Shown here: positions 20,015 to 30,442 of the stretch, in pieces
Position numbering within the stretch: the stretch's first letter is position 1
How the letters are laid out: each line of letters begins with the position of its first letter
Assembly (NCBI GenBank): GCA_963674745.2
Contig: CAXXDV010000001.1
Span: 1,088,001 to 1,152,000, forward strand
Origin: Desulfosudaceae bacterium
Lineage (GTDB): Bacteria > Desulfobacterota > Desulfobacteria > Desulfobacterales > Desulfosudaceae
Length of the DNA: 64,000 bases
Reading direction: 5' to 3'
Program-made: the position numbers and the translations under genes
Notes under the pieces: model-generated
Seen by the model: only the letters and a program-made list of their open reading frames with translations
Told to the model about the DNA's origin: nothing
The model's database searches: none

Positions 20015-21799
20015 ATGAGTTGGCTAAAAAAAATATTGTTAGTGTATCCTGAAATTCCGACCAACACTTACTGGAGCTTTAAGTACACCCTTCGCTTCAT
20101 CAACAGAGAGACCGGGCTCCCCCCCCTGGGCCTCATCACCATGGCGGCCCTGCTTCCCGAGCATTATGAGTTGAAACTGATCGACATGAACATCGAACCC
20201 CTGAAGCAAACCCATGTGGAATGGGCAGATGCGGTCTTTGTTTCGGCTATGATTATTCAGAAAGAATCTCTTCAGGACGTCACCCGGTTATGCCGGAAAA
20301 CAAACACACCGGTTGTGGCCGGCGGCCCCTACCCCACGTCCTGTTATGAAGAAATCGACGGGGTTGATCATTTTGTCCTGGGAGAAGCGGAAACCATTCT
20401 GGCGGAGTTTCTGGCCGATTTTGAAAAGAAAGCCGCCGGCAAGGTTTACCGGGCCCGGCAGAAACCCGATATTACCGAAACCGTCCTGCCCCGTTTTGAC
20501 CTTCTAAAAATGAATCGATACAGTTCCATGGCCATACAATATTCCCGGGGATGCCCTTTTAACTGTGAATTCTGCGACATCTGGATCATGTATGGCAACA
20601 AGCCGCGACTGAAATCCGCGGCAAGCATCGTCCGGGAGATCGATACCCTGTACCGTTTGGGTTGGCGGGATTCCATTTTTATGGTGGACGACAACTTTAT
20701 CGGCAACAAAACCCGGGTAAAAAAAGAACTGCTGCCGGCCATTATAACGTGGGAACAGGAAAATAATTTCGTATACAAATTTTACACCGAGGCAAGCATC
20801 AACATGGCCTCAGACCCGGAACTCATGGACGGGATGAGCACCGCCGGTTTTGACCAGGTGTTTGTGGGTATCGAAACCCCGTCCAAAGAAGCCCTGTCTG
20901 AAACCGGCAAAAACCAGAACCTAAAATGCGACCTTGCCGAAGCGGTGCTAGCCATTCAGCAGCATGGTATTGAAGTAACAGCCGGGTTCATCCTTGGTTT
21001 TGACAGTGATACCGGGGATATCTTTGACCGCCAGATCGCCTTTATCCAGGAAACCGGTATACCCAAAGCCATGGTCGGTATTTTAACCGCCCTTCCCGGC
21101 ACCAAGCTGTATCAGCGCCTGGAAAAAGAGGGCCGTTTAACCGACGCCGACATTTCAGGCAGCAATACCCACAACATGGGTACCAACATCGTCACCACCA
21201 TGTCGGTAGAAGCGCTGAAAGAAGGTTATAAAAAAGTTTTGGGTACATTATATGACAAGACCCTGAAAAATTACTTTGCCCGTTGCGACACCTTGTTGTC
21301 CCGGCTGCAGCAGACGCCCTACAGACAGCGGAACATTCGGCTTCATGAAATAAAAGCATTGTTAAAATCACTGGCATTTCAGCCGTTCACCCCTTATGGC
21401 CGGCAGTACATTAAATTTATCAGCCGCAACCTGATCAAGCGCCCCCACCTTTTTGCCGAGGTCATCACCCATGCCGTCATGGGCCACCATTTCCAAATCA
21501 TCACCCAGGAAACCCTGAAAGTGGATGCGGCATCTTCCCTGCTGGATGATATTTATGAAAAAACCCGCGCCTATCTGGGTCGCCAGGCGGATCTGGTGAA
21601 ATCCGCTTCCGCCCTGCAGCGCTGGCGATTATACGAAGGATGGAAAAGCTGTAAAACCGGGCTTGAGACGGTCAAAGGCGTCATAGATCATGTTCACAAG
21701 GATTTTCGCGCCGATATCAGCCATAAATATTCGGATATCTACTCCCGGACAAAATCGCTGTTCGAGGAGGCCGAACGCCAGTTGCGACTGACAGGATAA
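20015..21799 (+). CDS. B12-binding radical SAM protein with DUF4070-like C-terminus (HpnP-like family)
   Basis: PPLGLIT, VAGGPYPT, RGCPFNCEFC, DDNFIGN, GFILGFDSD. Confidence 0.88.
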   Translation: MSWLKKILLVYPEIPTNTYWSFKYTLRFINRETGLPPLGLITMAALLPEHYELKLIDMNIEPLKQTHVEWADAVFVSAMIIQKESLQDVTRLCRKTNTPVVAGGPYPTSCYEEIDGVDHFVLGEAETILAEFLADFEKKAAGKVYRARQKPDITETVLPRFDLLKMNRYSSMAIQYSRGCPFNCEFCDIWIMYGNKPRLKSAASIVREIDTLYRLGWRDSIFMVDDNFIGNKTRVKKELLPAIITWEQENNFVYKFYTEASINMASDPELMDGMSTAGFDQVFVGIETPSKEALSETGKNQNLKCDLAEAVLAIQQHGIEVTAGFILGFDSDTGDIFDRQIAFIQETGIPKAMVGILTALPGTKLYQRLEKEGRLTDADISGSNTHNMGTNIVTTMSVEALKEGYKKVLGTLYDKTLKNYFARCDTLLSRLQQTPYRQRNIRLHEIKALLKSLAFQPFTPYGRQYIKFISRNLIKRPHLFAEVITHAVMGHHFQIITQETLKVDAASSLLDDIYEKTRAYLGRQADLVKSASALQRWRLYEGWKSCKTGLETVKGVIDHVHKDFRADISHKYSDIYSRTKSLFEEAERQLRLTG

Positions 21800-21852
21800 A
21801 ACGCTTTCCGATCCGCCCGACAAGGTGTATGGTAATGGCCGGAGATACCCTT

Positions 21853-21915
21853 TAATCCGGATCTTTCATGAACTTTTTTACCTGTGTCGACAACGTTCAT
21901 GAACGGTCCGGATTA
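21853..21915. mobile_element. 63-bp MITE-like element with 21-bp inverted ends
   Basis: TAATCCGGATCTTTCATGAAC ... GTTCATGAACGGTCCGGATTA (19/21 complementary), TA at both ends; related copy at 32767. Confidence 0.6.
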
Positions 21916-21944
21916 GCAACACCTGAACATCCGGGCGAAAAGCC

Positions 21945-22802
21945 GTGAGTGCGGAACATTTCACAACACCTCTGGTCAGCGTCATTATCCCTGTGTACAA
22001 CCGGCGGCATATGGTCTGCCAGGCTGCGGAATCGGTCCTGGCTCAGTCTTATAAGAGCATTGAGTTGATTGTCGTTGATGACGGTTCGACAGACAATGTC
22101 GGGGCCGCATTGGCGCCATACGGTGATTCCATTACTGTTTTGACCAGGGAGAACCGGGGGGTCAGTGCCGCACGGAACGTCGGTGTTGCCCGGTCCCGGG
22201 GAAAATATGTGGCCTTTCTTGATTCGGATGATCTCTGGCTGCCGGAAAAACTGAACCGACAGGTCGCTTTTCTGGAGGCCAATCCGGAGGCACGCATCTG
22301 TCAGACAGAAGAAATCTGGAATAAAAACGATCGCCGCATCAACCCCAAAAAAAGGCATCGTAAACCATCGGGGATGATTTTCATGCCCTCCTTAGAGCTT
22401 TGTCTGGTCAGCCCTTCAGCGGTTATGCTGGAAAAATCTTTTTTTCTGGAAACAGGGGGGTTTGACGAATCATTACCGGCCTGCGAGGATTATGATTTAT
22501 GGCTGAGGATAAGCTGCCGGTACCCCATCTATCTGATCGATGAGCCCCTGGTCATAAAGCGGGGAGGGCACAAAGACCAGCTTTCATCGGCGTCGGGGCT
22601 GGATAAATTCAGGATTCAGGCGTTGCAGAACATTATTGACTCGCCTCACCTGACCCGATCCATGCGCCAGGCGGCGGTGTCGGTGCTGATCAAAAAATGC
22701 CGGATATACGCCCAGGGCTGCGCCAGAAGAAACAGGGCTGTTGAGGCTGAGCAATATTATCGTATTGCGGACAGGGCTTTTAAAAAGCAGGCCCTGCCCT
22801 GA
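21945..22802 (+). CDS. Glycosyltransferase family 2
   Basis: VSVIIPVYNR, VDDGSTD, GVSAARN, FLDSDD, EDYDLW. Confidence 0.92.
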   Translation: MSAEHFTTPLVSVIIPVYNRRHMVCQAAESVLAQSYKSIELIVVDDGSTDNVGAALAPYGDSITVLTRENRGVSAARNVGVARSRGKYVAFLDSDDLWLPEKLNRQVAFLEANPEARICQTEEIWNKNDRRINPKKRHRKPSGMIFMPSLELCLVSPSAVMLEKSFFLETGGFDESLPACEDYDLWLRISCRYPIYLIDEPLVIKRGGHKDQLSSASGLDKFRIQALQNIIDSPHLTRSMRQAAVSVLIKKCRIYAQGCARRNRAVEAEQYYRIADRAFKKQALP

Positions 22803-22960
22803 AACAGACACACATTCGAAGCCTGTATCTTCATCGGTTGTCATCGTTCATCCTGACCGACAAAAAACACTTTATTTATTAGCAAGCTTCTATTATATTT
22901 ATTAAATAAACTTTCCAGGCACAAAGCGTCATTTTCAAAATCCAAGGGTATATCCTGATC

Positions 22961-25900
22961 ATGAGCCGGGATTTATTGTTCCAAAACCCCGTTTTAAGAT
23001 ATTTATCCGGGCGAATCGCAGCCGGGTTTTTTTATCTGGGCCTGTCGGCTCAAACCGCCTTGGCCGCCGGCTTTTCTCCGGCCGCACCTGCTTCTTTTCA
23101 GGCGTTTTTGGTGCCTGCTTTTATTGCCGCCCTGGCTGCCGTCTTTTTTCTTGGCAAAAAACTTCGAGCGGTGAACCAAACGGCGGAACACGACCGGGAA
23201 AAGATGGAAAATCTTCAGGAAGACGCCTACCATTATCGCCTTCTGGCCGACAATATAAACGACATCATTTTTACCCTGGACATGAACCTCCGCTATACCT
23301 TTGTCAGTTCATCGGTTGAACGCGTTCGGGGTTATTCCCCGGAAGAAGTCCTGAGCCTTCCCCTGGACCGGCAAATGACCCCGGCTTCACTGGAAAACGC
23401 ATTAAGCGAATTTTCCGATGCCCTTAAAAAAGCGAAAACAGACCGTGACATGGCCAAACCGAAAATTATCGAAGTGGAGATGTACCACAAATCCGGTGGT
23501 ACTGTCTGGCTGGAACTGAATGTCGACTTTCTTTGGGATAACGCCGACCGGCCGGTCGGCGTTATCGGCCTCAGTCGCTGTATCAACGAACGAAAGCAGG
23601 CGGAACAGAAACTCCGGGAAAGTGATGAACGATACCAGGCCCTGTTTGAACGGTCTCTGGAATATATTTACATTAATGACCTGGAGGGCCATTTTCTGGA
23701 GGTTAATGACGCGGCCCTGGATGCCATGGGATACAGCCGGGAAGAACTGTTAATGCTGAATTATGCCGACCTTCTCTCCGAAGCGCATCTGATGACGGCA
23801 TTTGAAGCCCTGCGGGAAGTTGTTGAAACCGGCAGCCAGGCCGAACTCACGGAATACCGATTAAAAACGAAAACAGGTGGTCATATCTGGGTTCAGACCA
23901 AGGCGACATTACTTTACCGGAATGGCGCGCCTTATGCTATCCAGGGCATTGCCAGGGACATTACCGATCAGAAAACAGCCCGCCTGGCGCTCGAGGAAAG
24001 TGAACAAAAATACCGTTCCATTATCGACAACATGCAGGGGGCCTTTTACCGCACCGACATTAACAGCCGTCTTGTCCTGGTCAGCCCCTCCGCTGCGGTC
24101 CTGTTCGGTTATGATTCGATAAATGAAATGCTGGGAATAAACGTGTCCGAAGCCTTTTATCTGGGCCCTGACGACCGCAACGCCTTTCTGGCAACCCTGG
24201 AAAATCAGGACCGGGCCGTCAACTACGAAATGATGCTAAAAAAGAAAGACGGTACCCCGCTGCCGGTAATGATCAGCAGTTCCTTTTATTATGATGAAAC
24301 GGGTAACAAGCTCGGCGTCGAAGGGGTTGTTTCTGATATTACCGCCCGCAAAAAGGCGGAAAACGCCCTCAAACAGATGGTTGGCTGGCACAAGGGCATC
24401 AATGATCTCCATAACGAGATTTTGAATAAAAGAACCCTGGAGGATCGACTGCAGGTCATTACTGACGGCATTCAAAAAACGTTTGACCTTTTTCTCTGCC
24501 GCATATGGATAACACGGCCGGGAGAGCGTTGTTTTTCCTGTTTGCATGCTGCCGTTGCCGACGAAAACCGCTTGTGCCGGGACGGGGATCGGTGCCTGCA
24601 CCTTATGGCCAGTTCAGGTCAAAACAGACGGACGGACGGTAATTATTGCCGCATCCCCTTCGGTTTTCATGATGTTTACTGGAGAGATTCTGACCAACTG
24701 CCGGGTTTCCTGACCAATGAGGCTGAAACAGCCCCCATTGCACGGGACAAAGAATGGATCAGAGAAAACGGGATCACGGCCTTTTCCGGCCGTCAGCTTC
24801 GGGATAACAAGGGCAACACCATCGGGGTGCTGGGGCTTTTTTCACAACATATTATCTCTGATGCTGAATACCAGCTATACGGCAGCCTGGCCAACACGGC
24901 CTCGCAGATTATCCTGTCCAGCCTGGCGGAAGCGTCCCTGGAGCAGGCCCGGAAAGCGGCTGAAGCGGCCAGCCGGGCAAAAAGCGATTTTCTGGCCAAC
25001 ATGAGTCATGAAATACGCACCCCCATGAACGGTATTCTGGGCATGACCGATATGCTGCTGGACACCAACCTTTCCGGCCAGCAGCGTGATTTTGCCCAAA
25101 GCGTTAAATCCAGCGCCGAATCACTTCTGGCCATAATCAATGATATTCTGGATTTTTCAAAAATCGAGGCCGGCAAACTGGAAGTGGAAGCGATTGAATT
25201 CGACTTAAAGCAACTGTTAACGGAAATTTTAAATATCATTTTTCTGGAGACAAAAGAAAAAGGAATCAAATGTTCGGCCGATGTCAAAGAAAACGTTCCT
25301 CACCGTTTAACCGGAGATCCGGTAAGGTTACGTCAGATATTGATGAACCTGCTCAGCAATGCCGTAAAGTTCACCCGCCAAGGCTCTGTGAAAATTACCA
25401 TTTCTCTTGAAAGCGAAACCGATGAAGATGCCTTTGTGCGGTTTGAAGTCCTTGATACCGGTATCGGCATCCCTGCCAAATATCACGACAAACTCTTCCA
25501 GTCCTTTACCCAGCTTGACGCCTCGACCACGCGCAAATTCGGCGGAACCGGCCTGGGCCTGGCCATCAGCAAGCAGCTGGTGGAATTGATGGGCGGTGAA
25601 ATCAGCTTTACCAGCGAGGCCGGAAAAGGGACCGCCTTCTGGTTTACGGTTCCTTTTATTACAAAACATTCGCCAGCGTCGGCAGTAGATATCGCGGTAA
25701 CAGGGGTTTCGCCTCCGCCGACCGACAGCCTGCAGATTCTCCTGGCCGAAGACAACCCCATCAACATGAAAGTAATCGAAAAGCAGCTGGAGCTGCTGGG
25801 GCACACCGTGACCTCCGTGCTGAACGGCGAAGAAGCCGTCATCGCGTTTCAAAAAAAACATTTTGACCTGGTATTCATGGATATCCAGATGCCGGTGATG

Positions 25901-26113
25901 GACGGGGTAAAAGCAGCCCGGCAGATTCATAAAATCCAGGACGAAAAAAGGCCCGACCGCAAAGCACCCGTCATTGCCCTGACCGCACATGCCATGGCGG
26001 GCGAACGGGAAAGCCTGTTAAGCAAAGGCCTGGACGGCTATATTCCCAAACCCGTGACCAGCCAGATACTGGATGAAGCCATCCGGCAGGCGCTGGCATC
26101 TGACGGCCGGTAA
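22961..26113 (+). CDS. Hybrid sensor kinase (TM, 3 PAS, Cys-rich GAF, HisKA, HATPase, REC)
   Basis: FLANMSHEIRTPMNG, GGTGLGLAIS, LAEDN...MDIQMPVMDG; PAS-terminal DIT motifs. Confidence 0.92.
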   Translation: MSRDLLFQNPVLRYLSGRIAAGFFYLGLSAQTALAAGFSPAAPASFQAFLVPAFIAALAAVFFLGKKLRAVNQTAEHDREKMENLQEDAYHYRLLADNINDIIFTLDMNLRYTFVSSSVERVRGYSPEEVLSLPLDRQMTPASLENALSEFSDALKKAKTDRDMAKPKIIEVEMYHKSGGTVWLELNVDFLWDNADRPVGVIGLSRCINERKQAEQKLRESDERYQALFERSLEYIYINDLEGHFLEVNDAALDAMGYSREELLMLNYADLLSEAHLMTAFEALREVVETGSQAELTEYRLKTKTGGHIWVQTKATLLYRNGAPYAIQGIARDITDQKTARLALEESEQKYRSIIDNMQGAFYRTDINSRLVLVSPSAAVLFGYDSINEMLGINVSEAFYLGPDDRNAFLATLENQDRAVNYEMMLKKKDGTPLPVMISSSFYYDETGNKLGVEGVVSDITARKKAENALKQMVGWHKGINDLHNEILNKRTLEDRLQVITDGIQKTFDLFLCRIWITRPGERCFSCLHAAVADENRLCRDGDRCLHLMASSGQNRRTDGNYCRIPFGFHDVYWRDSDQLPGFLTNEAETAPIARDKEWIRENGITAFSGRQLRDNKGNTIGVLGLFSQHIISDAEYQLYGSLANTASQIILSSLAEASLEQARKAAEAASRAKSDFLANMSHEIRTPMNGILGMTDMLLDTNLSGQQRDFAQSVKSSAESLLAIINDILDFSKIEAGKLEVEAIEFDLKQLLTEILNIIFLETKEKGIKCSADVKENVPHRLTGDPVRLRQILMNLLSNAVKFTRQGSVKITISLESETDEDAFVRFEVLDTGIGIPAKYHDKLFQSFTQLDASTTRKFGGTGLGLAISKQLVELMGGEISFTSEAGKGTAFWFTVPFITKHSPASAVDIAVTGVSPPPTDSLQILLAEDNPINMKVIEKQLELLGHTVTSVLNGEEAVIAFQKKHFDLVFMDIQMPVMDGVKAARQIHKIQDEKRPDRKAPVIALTAHAMAGERESLLSKGLDGYIPKPVTSQILDEAIRQALASDGR

Positions 26114-26166
26114 TTACCACGATGAGAAAGCGTTATCTTCGCGACAGGCCAAGACTCAAAGACAAA

Positions 26167-26256
26167 AGGGTTCTAGGATTCGAGGGGTCGAGGGTTCAAG
26201 TGTTTGTTGCGGTTCTTGCCCCCTTGAACCCTTGGCACCTTGACCCCTAGAACCCT
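26167..26256. repeat. Inverted pair of 8-bp tandem arrays between convergent genes
   Basis: AGGGTTCT AGGATTCG AGGGGTCG AGGGTTCA AG ... CTTGCCCC CTTGAACC CTTGGCAC CTTGACCC CTAGAACC CT. Confidence 0.85.
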
Positions 26257-26265
26257 CAGCGACAG

Positions 26266-29200
26266 CTAAATCATCCGGTCGATTTCACGGACCTTATCCC
26301 TGACCCGCTTGGCTGATACCGGAAATGCCGTTTTGATTTCCTGGGCAAAAACCGACAGCTTAAACTCCTCGACCAGCCAGAAAAAGTCTTCAAGTGCCCG
26401 ACGTTTATCCGGAGACGTTTCCGGCGTCAGTGTCTCGGTCAGCCGCGTCAGTTCATCCATGGCCCACTTCACCTGTTCCTTTTTACGACAGTGAGCAGGG
26501 AAATTGTCCACTGCCCGACGCGCCCGCAGCCGGGCGGCGCGAATATACCGGGGCAGTTGCACCAGCCGTTTTTGATCATACAGCATGACAACGTTTTCGG
26601 GCACCAGTTCCGTCAGCTCAGCCAACAGGTGTTTCAGCTCCCGTCCAACTTCTCCCCGGGGATTAAGCGATGCTGTCAGATCAGCCAGATCCTGGCGAAT
26701 ATGGCAGTATTCCTTTACAATATCCGTAACAATGCTTTTCAGTTCTTGCGCCCGCTGATAAAGGGTCGCCGGGACTTCGGCCGCATAGCTTTCAAATTCA
26801 ACCCGGCTACGAATATCTTTACCAAAACAGTCCGCCATAATTTTTTCCACCATGGCCGAAGAAAGCGCCGGCGCACCGCCCAGGTAAACGGCCTGTCTGG
26901 CCAGGACCGGTGAAAGGGCCAGGTCCTGTTTTAAATAATTAACCTCCTTTGACAACCGTCTTTCCAGCAACTGCCGAACCCCCCGCCGATGAACCTCCCG
27001 GGCCTCCGCCCGATTGGTAAAAACCCGCAACCGAACCGCCTGGCCCTGTTTTTCCAGTCCCGGATAAACCATTCCCCGCTTTCCGGAAAGAACAATTTCG
27101 TCGGGCAGATCCGGAAAGCGCTTGTCGTCGATATTATCTTTCTCCCATTTTCTGCGGATATCATCCATTTCATCGTTTTGGCTTTCCGGACGGGGTATAT
27201 GCCGCAAAACAGACCTGTCCCTTGACGCGGAAAGGGCCTGCCCGTTTTCATCGATCAGTGCCAGGCGCATGGTCAAATGGTCCGGAAGACGCCGGGGCTG
27301 CCAGGCCTTTCCCGGAATATCGACCCCGAACCGGTTTAAAATGAAATCCGACAAGGCCATGATCAGGGGGCGGTCCTGCCGGGGCATCTCTTCTAAAATC
27401 ACGGCAACTGTCTGATTCAGCGGTACCAGCTGCTTGCGATATGCCTTTGGAAGCGTTTTCAGCAGCGCCGTCACTTTTTCCGGCAACAGACCGGGTACCA
27501 GCCAATCCAGGCGCTCGGCAGGGACATCCGCTGCCGAAGGTATGGGTATGTTTGCCGTGATACCGTCGGCGGGATTTTCGGGATCAAATTTGTAAGAAAG
27601 CGGCAGGCGGACATTACCGGCCTCTATGCTGTCGGGAAACAGGGTCTCCGCTTCCCGTCCCGGCCGGTTGCGCAGGACATCATCCAGCGACAACCGCAAT
27701 GATTTATCCCCCTGTTGTTTCACCTGTTTTTTCAATGCGGACAGGGAATAAACGGTGTCCGGAAGCTTGTCCCGGAAAAAAAGAAACAAGGCTTCTTCAC
27801 CGGCCAGAAAATCTTTTTTTCTAAGCCGGTCTTCCATCTCGACCGCTGCTTCGATGATGGACCGGTTATGGCGCATAAAAGGCAACGGCCGCTCGACTTC
27901 ACCCCGAACCAGCGCGTGCCGGACAAACAGGTCACAGGCCTCACGCGCATTATCCGCCCCGAACGGCACCCCATGCTCAATGTCGACACTCAAACCAAAA
28001 AGAATGAGCTCACGGTCGGCCAACGCCTGGCCTTGTTCACCGGACCAGCGCGGGTTGATATAAACCGTCCGGCACAGGTCACCGGCAATACGCTTTATCC
28101 AGGCCCGCTCTATCCGGGCTGCTGTTCGGGCGTAAAGACGTGTGGTCTCAACCATTTCCGCCGACACAAGCCAGACCGCCTCACTGCCGGCCAGGGCGGA
28201 ACCGGGAAAAACGGTCACCTCTCTTGATTTGCCCGCCAGATATAGATTCTTGTCCCTCTTTTGGGCGATATTGGAAAGATACCCGCTTAAGACCGCCGTA
28301 TGAAACACCTCGTAAAACCTGTCCGGATCTTTTTTGCGGCTGATCCTTCCCCCCGATGAACGGGCCAGCCGGTATTCAACGGCAATGTCCTTCAGCTGGG
28401 AATATATATCCCGCCACTCCCTGACACGGTTCGGGGATAAAAAAAACTCCCGGCAGAAGGCTTTCAACCGGCCGGCTTCTTTATTGCCGATCCCTTCCCA
28501 TAAATTAATCAGGGTCAGAAAATCAGAGTCCGGATCCGTAAAATCAGACAACGCCGCCCTGGCCTCTTTTTCTTTGTCCGGCGGATGTTCCCTGGGATCC
28601 TGAATGCTCAGGGCGGCGGCGATAACCAGGGATTCATCCAGGCATCCGGACCGGCCGGCTTCGATCATGATCCGTGCCAGCCGGGGATCCACCGGGATTT
28701 TCGCCATCAGGGCGCCTGTCCGGGTTAACTGAAAACGATTCCGGGCAGACGGGCCTCTTTTTCCGGCGGGAACGATCGCCCCCAGTTCGTAAAGAACATC
28801 AAACCCGTCGAGGATGCTCTTTTCCATGGGTGGATCCACAAAGGGGAATTGACGGATATCACCCAGCTTCAAGGCCATCATGCGCAGAATGACCTCCGCC
28901 AGATTGGCCCTTAAAATTTCCGGGGGGGTATAGATATGCCGTTTTAAAAAGTCCTTTTCCGGATAAAGCCTCACGCAGACGCCATCGGACAACCGTCCAC
29001 ACCTGCCCTGACGCTGAAGGGCGCTGCTTTGGGAAATTTTCCGGACCGACAGAGACGTTACCCGGGTGCGGGGATTATAATATGGAATACGGGCCAGTCC
29101 GGTATCAACCACATAGCGTATCCCCGGCACGGTCAGCGAGGTTTCGGCGATATTGGTGGCCACAATAACTTTCCGGCCGCGCTGCTTTTTAAACACGCTT

Positions 29201-30228
29201 TCCTGCCGGTTGGCCGGAAGCTGGGCATAAAGCGGCAGTACGGACAAAGCCGGATATTTACGACCCGTCAGCATCCGGCAGACATCCCGGATATCCCTGG
29301 CGGTGGGCATGAAGACCAGAATATCACCGGTCGCGGTTTGCCTTACAATTCCGTCCACAGCCGATACCGCCTGATCCACATATGTTTCCGCGGCTTTGTC
29401 ACCAGCGGCGGATGCCTTCTTTGTATCCGCAGCGGTGTATTGAACCGTAACCGGGTATAATGTTCCGGAGACCTCTATTACCGGGGCATTTTCAAACGCT
29501 GCGGAAAATTTCTGTGTGTCTATGGTAGCCGAGGTGATGATCACTTTCAAATCGGACCGCTTTTTAAGGATGGTCTTTAAAAGGCCTAAGAGAAAGTCGA
29601 TATTGAGGCTTCGTTCATGGGCCTCGTCAAGAACCAGAGCGTCATATTCACTCAGCAGTTGATCATGGTGCGCTTCGGTCAGAAGGATCCCGTCGGTCAT
29701 GATTTTTATCAGTGTGTCATCCGCGGTTCGATCGGAAAACCGGATTTTATAGCCCACCGCCGTTTTCGAGCCCAAGCCCAGTTCAGCCGATATTCTCCGG
29801 GCAATGCTGACGGCGGCAATCCGCCGGGGCTGGGTACAGCCGATCCGGCCATCTTTCCCCAGTCCCGCGGCAACACACATTTTGGGAATCTGCGTGGTCT
29901 TTCCGGAACCGGTGGCGCCGGAGACAATAACCACCGGGTGCTCTTTTACGGCCTCAACGATCTCCATCCGGCGAGCGGCAATAGGCAGGTCGGTATTGAT
30001 GGCAACCCTGGGAAATGAGGCGTATCGCCGCGTTTTCAGGTCCGCCGATTTTTCCAGTCGGCGCTGCAGCTCGGTTAGCATCCGGTCGGCTTTTTCGGCC
30101 GGTATCCGCCCGGCCCGGCCGTTAAGGTAGTCCAGCCTGCGGCGGGCATAACGCCGGTCTATGCGCAGGGCTCCGGGAATCAGGCGCCGGACCTGTTTAA
30201 TTGTTTTAGAATAATCATCTGGTGTCAT
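26266..30228 (-). CDS. hrpA: ATP-dependent RNA helicase HrpA
   Basis: GATGSGKTTQ, TQPRR, DEAHERS, SAT, ATNIAETSLT, QRQGRCGR, C-terminal EEFKLSVFAQE; ATG 30228 chosen because the track start (30561) overlaps ycaO. Confidence 0.93.
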   Translation of the reverse strand: MTPDDYSKTIKQVRRLIPGALRIDRRYARRRLDYLNGRAGRIPAEKADRMLTELQRRLEKSADLKTRRYASFPRVAINTDLPIAARRMEIVEAVKEHPVVIVSGATGSGKTTQIPKMCVAAGLGKDGRIGCTQPRRIAAVSIARRISAELGLGSKTAVGYKIRFSDRTADDTLIKIMTDGILLTEAHHDQLLSEYDALVLDEAHERSLNIDFLLGLLKTILKKRSDLKVIITSATIDTQKFSAAFENAPVIEVSGTLYPVTVQYTAADTKKASAAGDKAAETYVDQAVSAVDGIVRQTATGDILVFMPTARDIRDVCRMLTGRKYPALSVLPLYAQLPANRQESVFKKQRGRKVIVATNIAETSLTVPGIRYVVDTGLARIPYYNPRTRVTSLSVRKISQSSALQRQGRCGRLSDGVCVRLYPEKDFLKRHIYTPPEILRANLAEVILRMMALKLGDIRQFPFVDPPMEKSILDGFDVLYELGAIVPAGKRGPSARNRFQLTRTGALMAKIPVDPRLARIMIEAGRSGCLDESLVIAAALSIQDPREHPPDKEKEARAALSDFTDPDSDFLTLINLWEGIGNKEAGRLKAFCREFFLSPNRVREWRDIYSQLKDIAVEYRLARSSGGRISRKKDPDRFYEVFHTAVLSGYLSNIAQKRDKNLYLAGKSREVTVFPGSALAGSEAVWLVSAEMVETTRLYARTAARIERAWIKRIAGDLCRTVYINPRWSGEQGQALADRELILFGLSVDIEHGVPFGADNAREACDLFVRHALVRGEVERPLPFMRHNRSIIEAAVEMEDRLRKKDFLAGEEALFLFFRDKLPDTVYSLSALKKQVKQQGDKSLRLSLDDVLRNRPGREAETLFPDSIEAGNVRLPLSYKFDPENPADGITANIPIPSAADVPAERLDWLVPGLLPEKVTALLKTLPKAYRKQLVPLNQTVAVILEEMPRQDRPLIMALSDFILNRFGVDIPGKAWQPRRLPDHLTMRLALIDENGQALSASRDRSVLRHIPRPESQNDEMDDIRRKWEKDNIDDKRFPDLPDEIVLSGKRGMVYPGLEKQGQAVRLRVFTNRAEAREVHRRGVRQLLERRLSKEVNYLKQDLALSPVLARQAVYLGGAPALSSAMVEKIMADCFGKDIRSRVEFESYAAEVPATLYQRAQELKSIVTDIVKEYCHIRQDLADLTASLNPRGEVGRELKHLLAELTELVPENVVMLYDQKRLVQLPRYIRAARLRARRAVDNFPAHCRKKEQVKWAMDELTRLTETLTPETSPDKRRALEDFFWLVEEFKLSVFAQEIKTAFPVSAKRVRDKVREIDRMI

Positions 30229-30282
30229 GAAAGGCTTTTTACCACACTGCCTTTTTCGTCGCAAGGAAGCCCCGTCGACGCG

Positions 30283-30311
30283 TTGACAAATAAGGGGTGA
30301 CATATTATTGT
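30283..30311 (+). promoter_or_regulatory. Sigma70 promoter of the ycaO-TPR gene
   Basis: TTGACA 30283-30288, 17 bp, TATTGT 30306-30311. Confidence 0.7.
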
Positions 30312-30333
30312 CATTCCAATTTTGAAGTGTTGT

Positions 30334-30431
30334 TAATGCCCTGGAATCTGGAAGCCTGAACAGTCTGTCCCATAACGCGTCATCCCGGCTATGGGTAGGA
30401 GCTTCCGAATGACGATTGTCTGGGGTTATTG
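30334..30431 (+). ncRNA. Candidate cis-regulatory structured leader with pseudoknot (class unassigned)
   Basis: Nested stems GCCCUGGA/UCUGGGGU, GGAAGC/GCUUCC, CCCAUA/UAUGGG; loop CGUCAU pairs with downstream AUGACG; ends at the SD. Confidence 0.5.
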
Positions 30432-30442
30432 AAAGGAAGAAC

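Noticed and set aside
30307..30316. ATTGTCATTC pairing with GAATGACGAT (30407-30416) as a switch strand
   Set aside because: Overlaps the predicted -10 box, so probably not in the transcript; reconsider if the TSS maps further upstream
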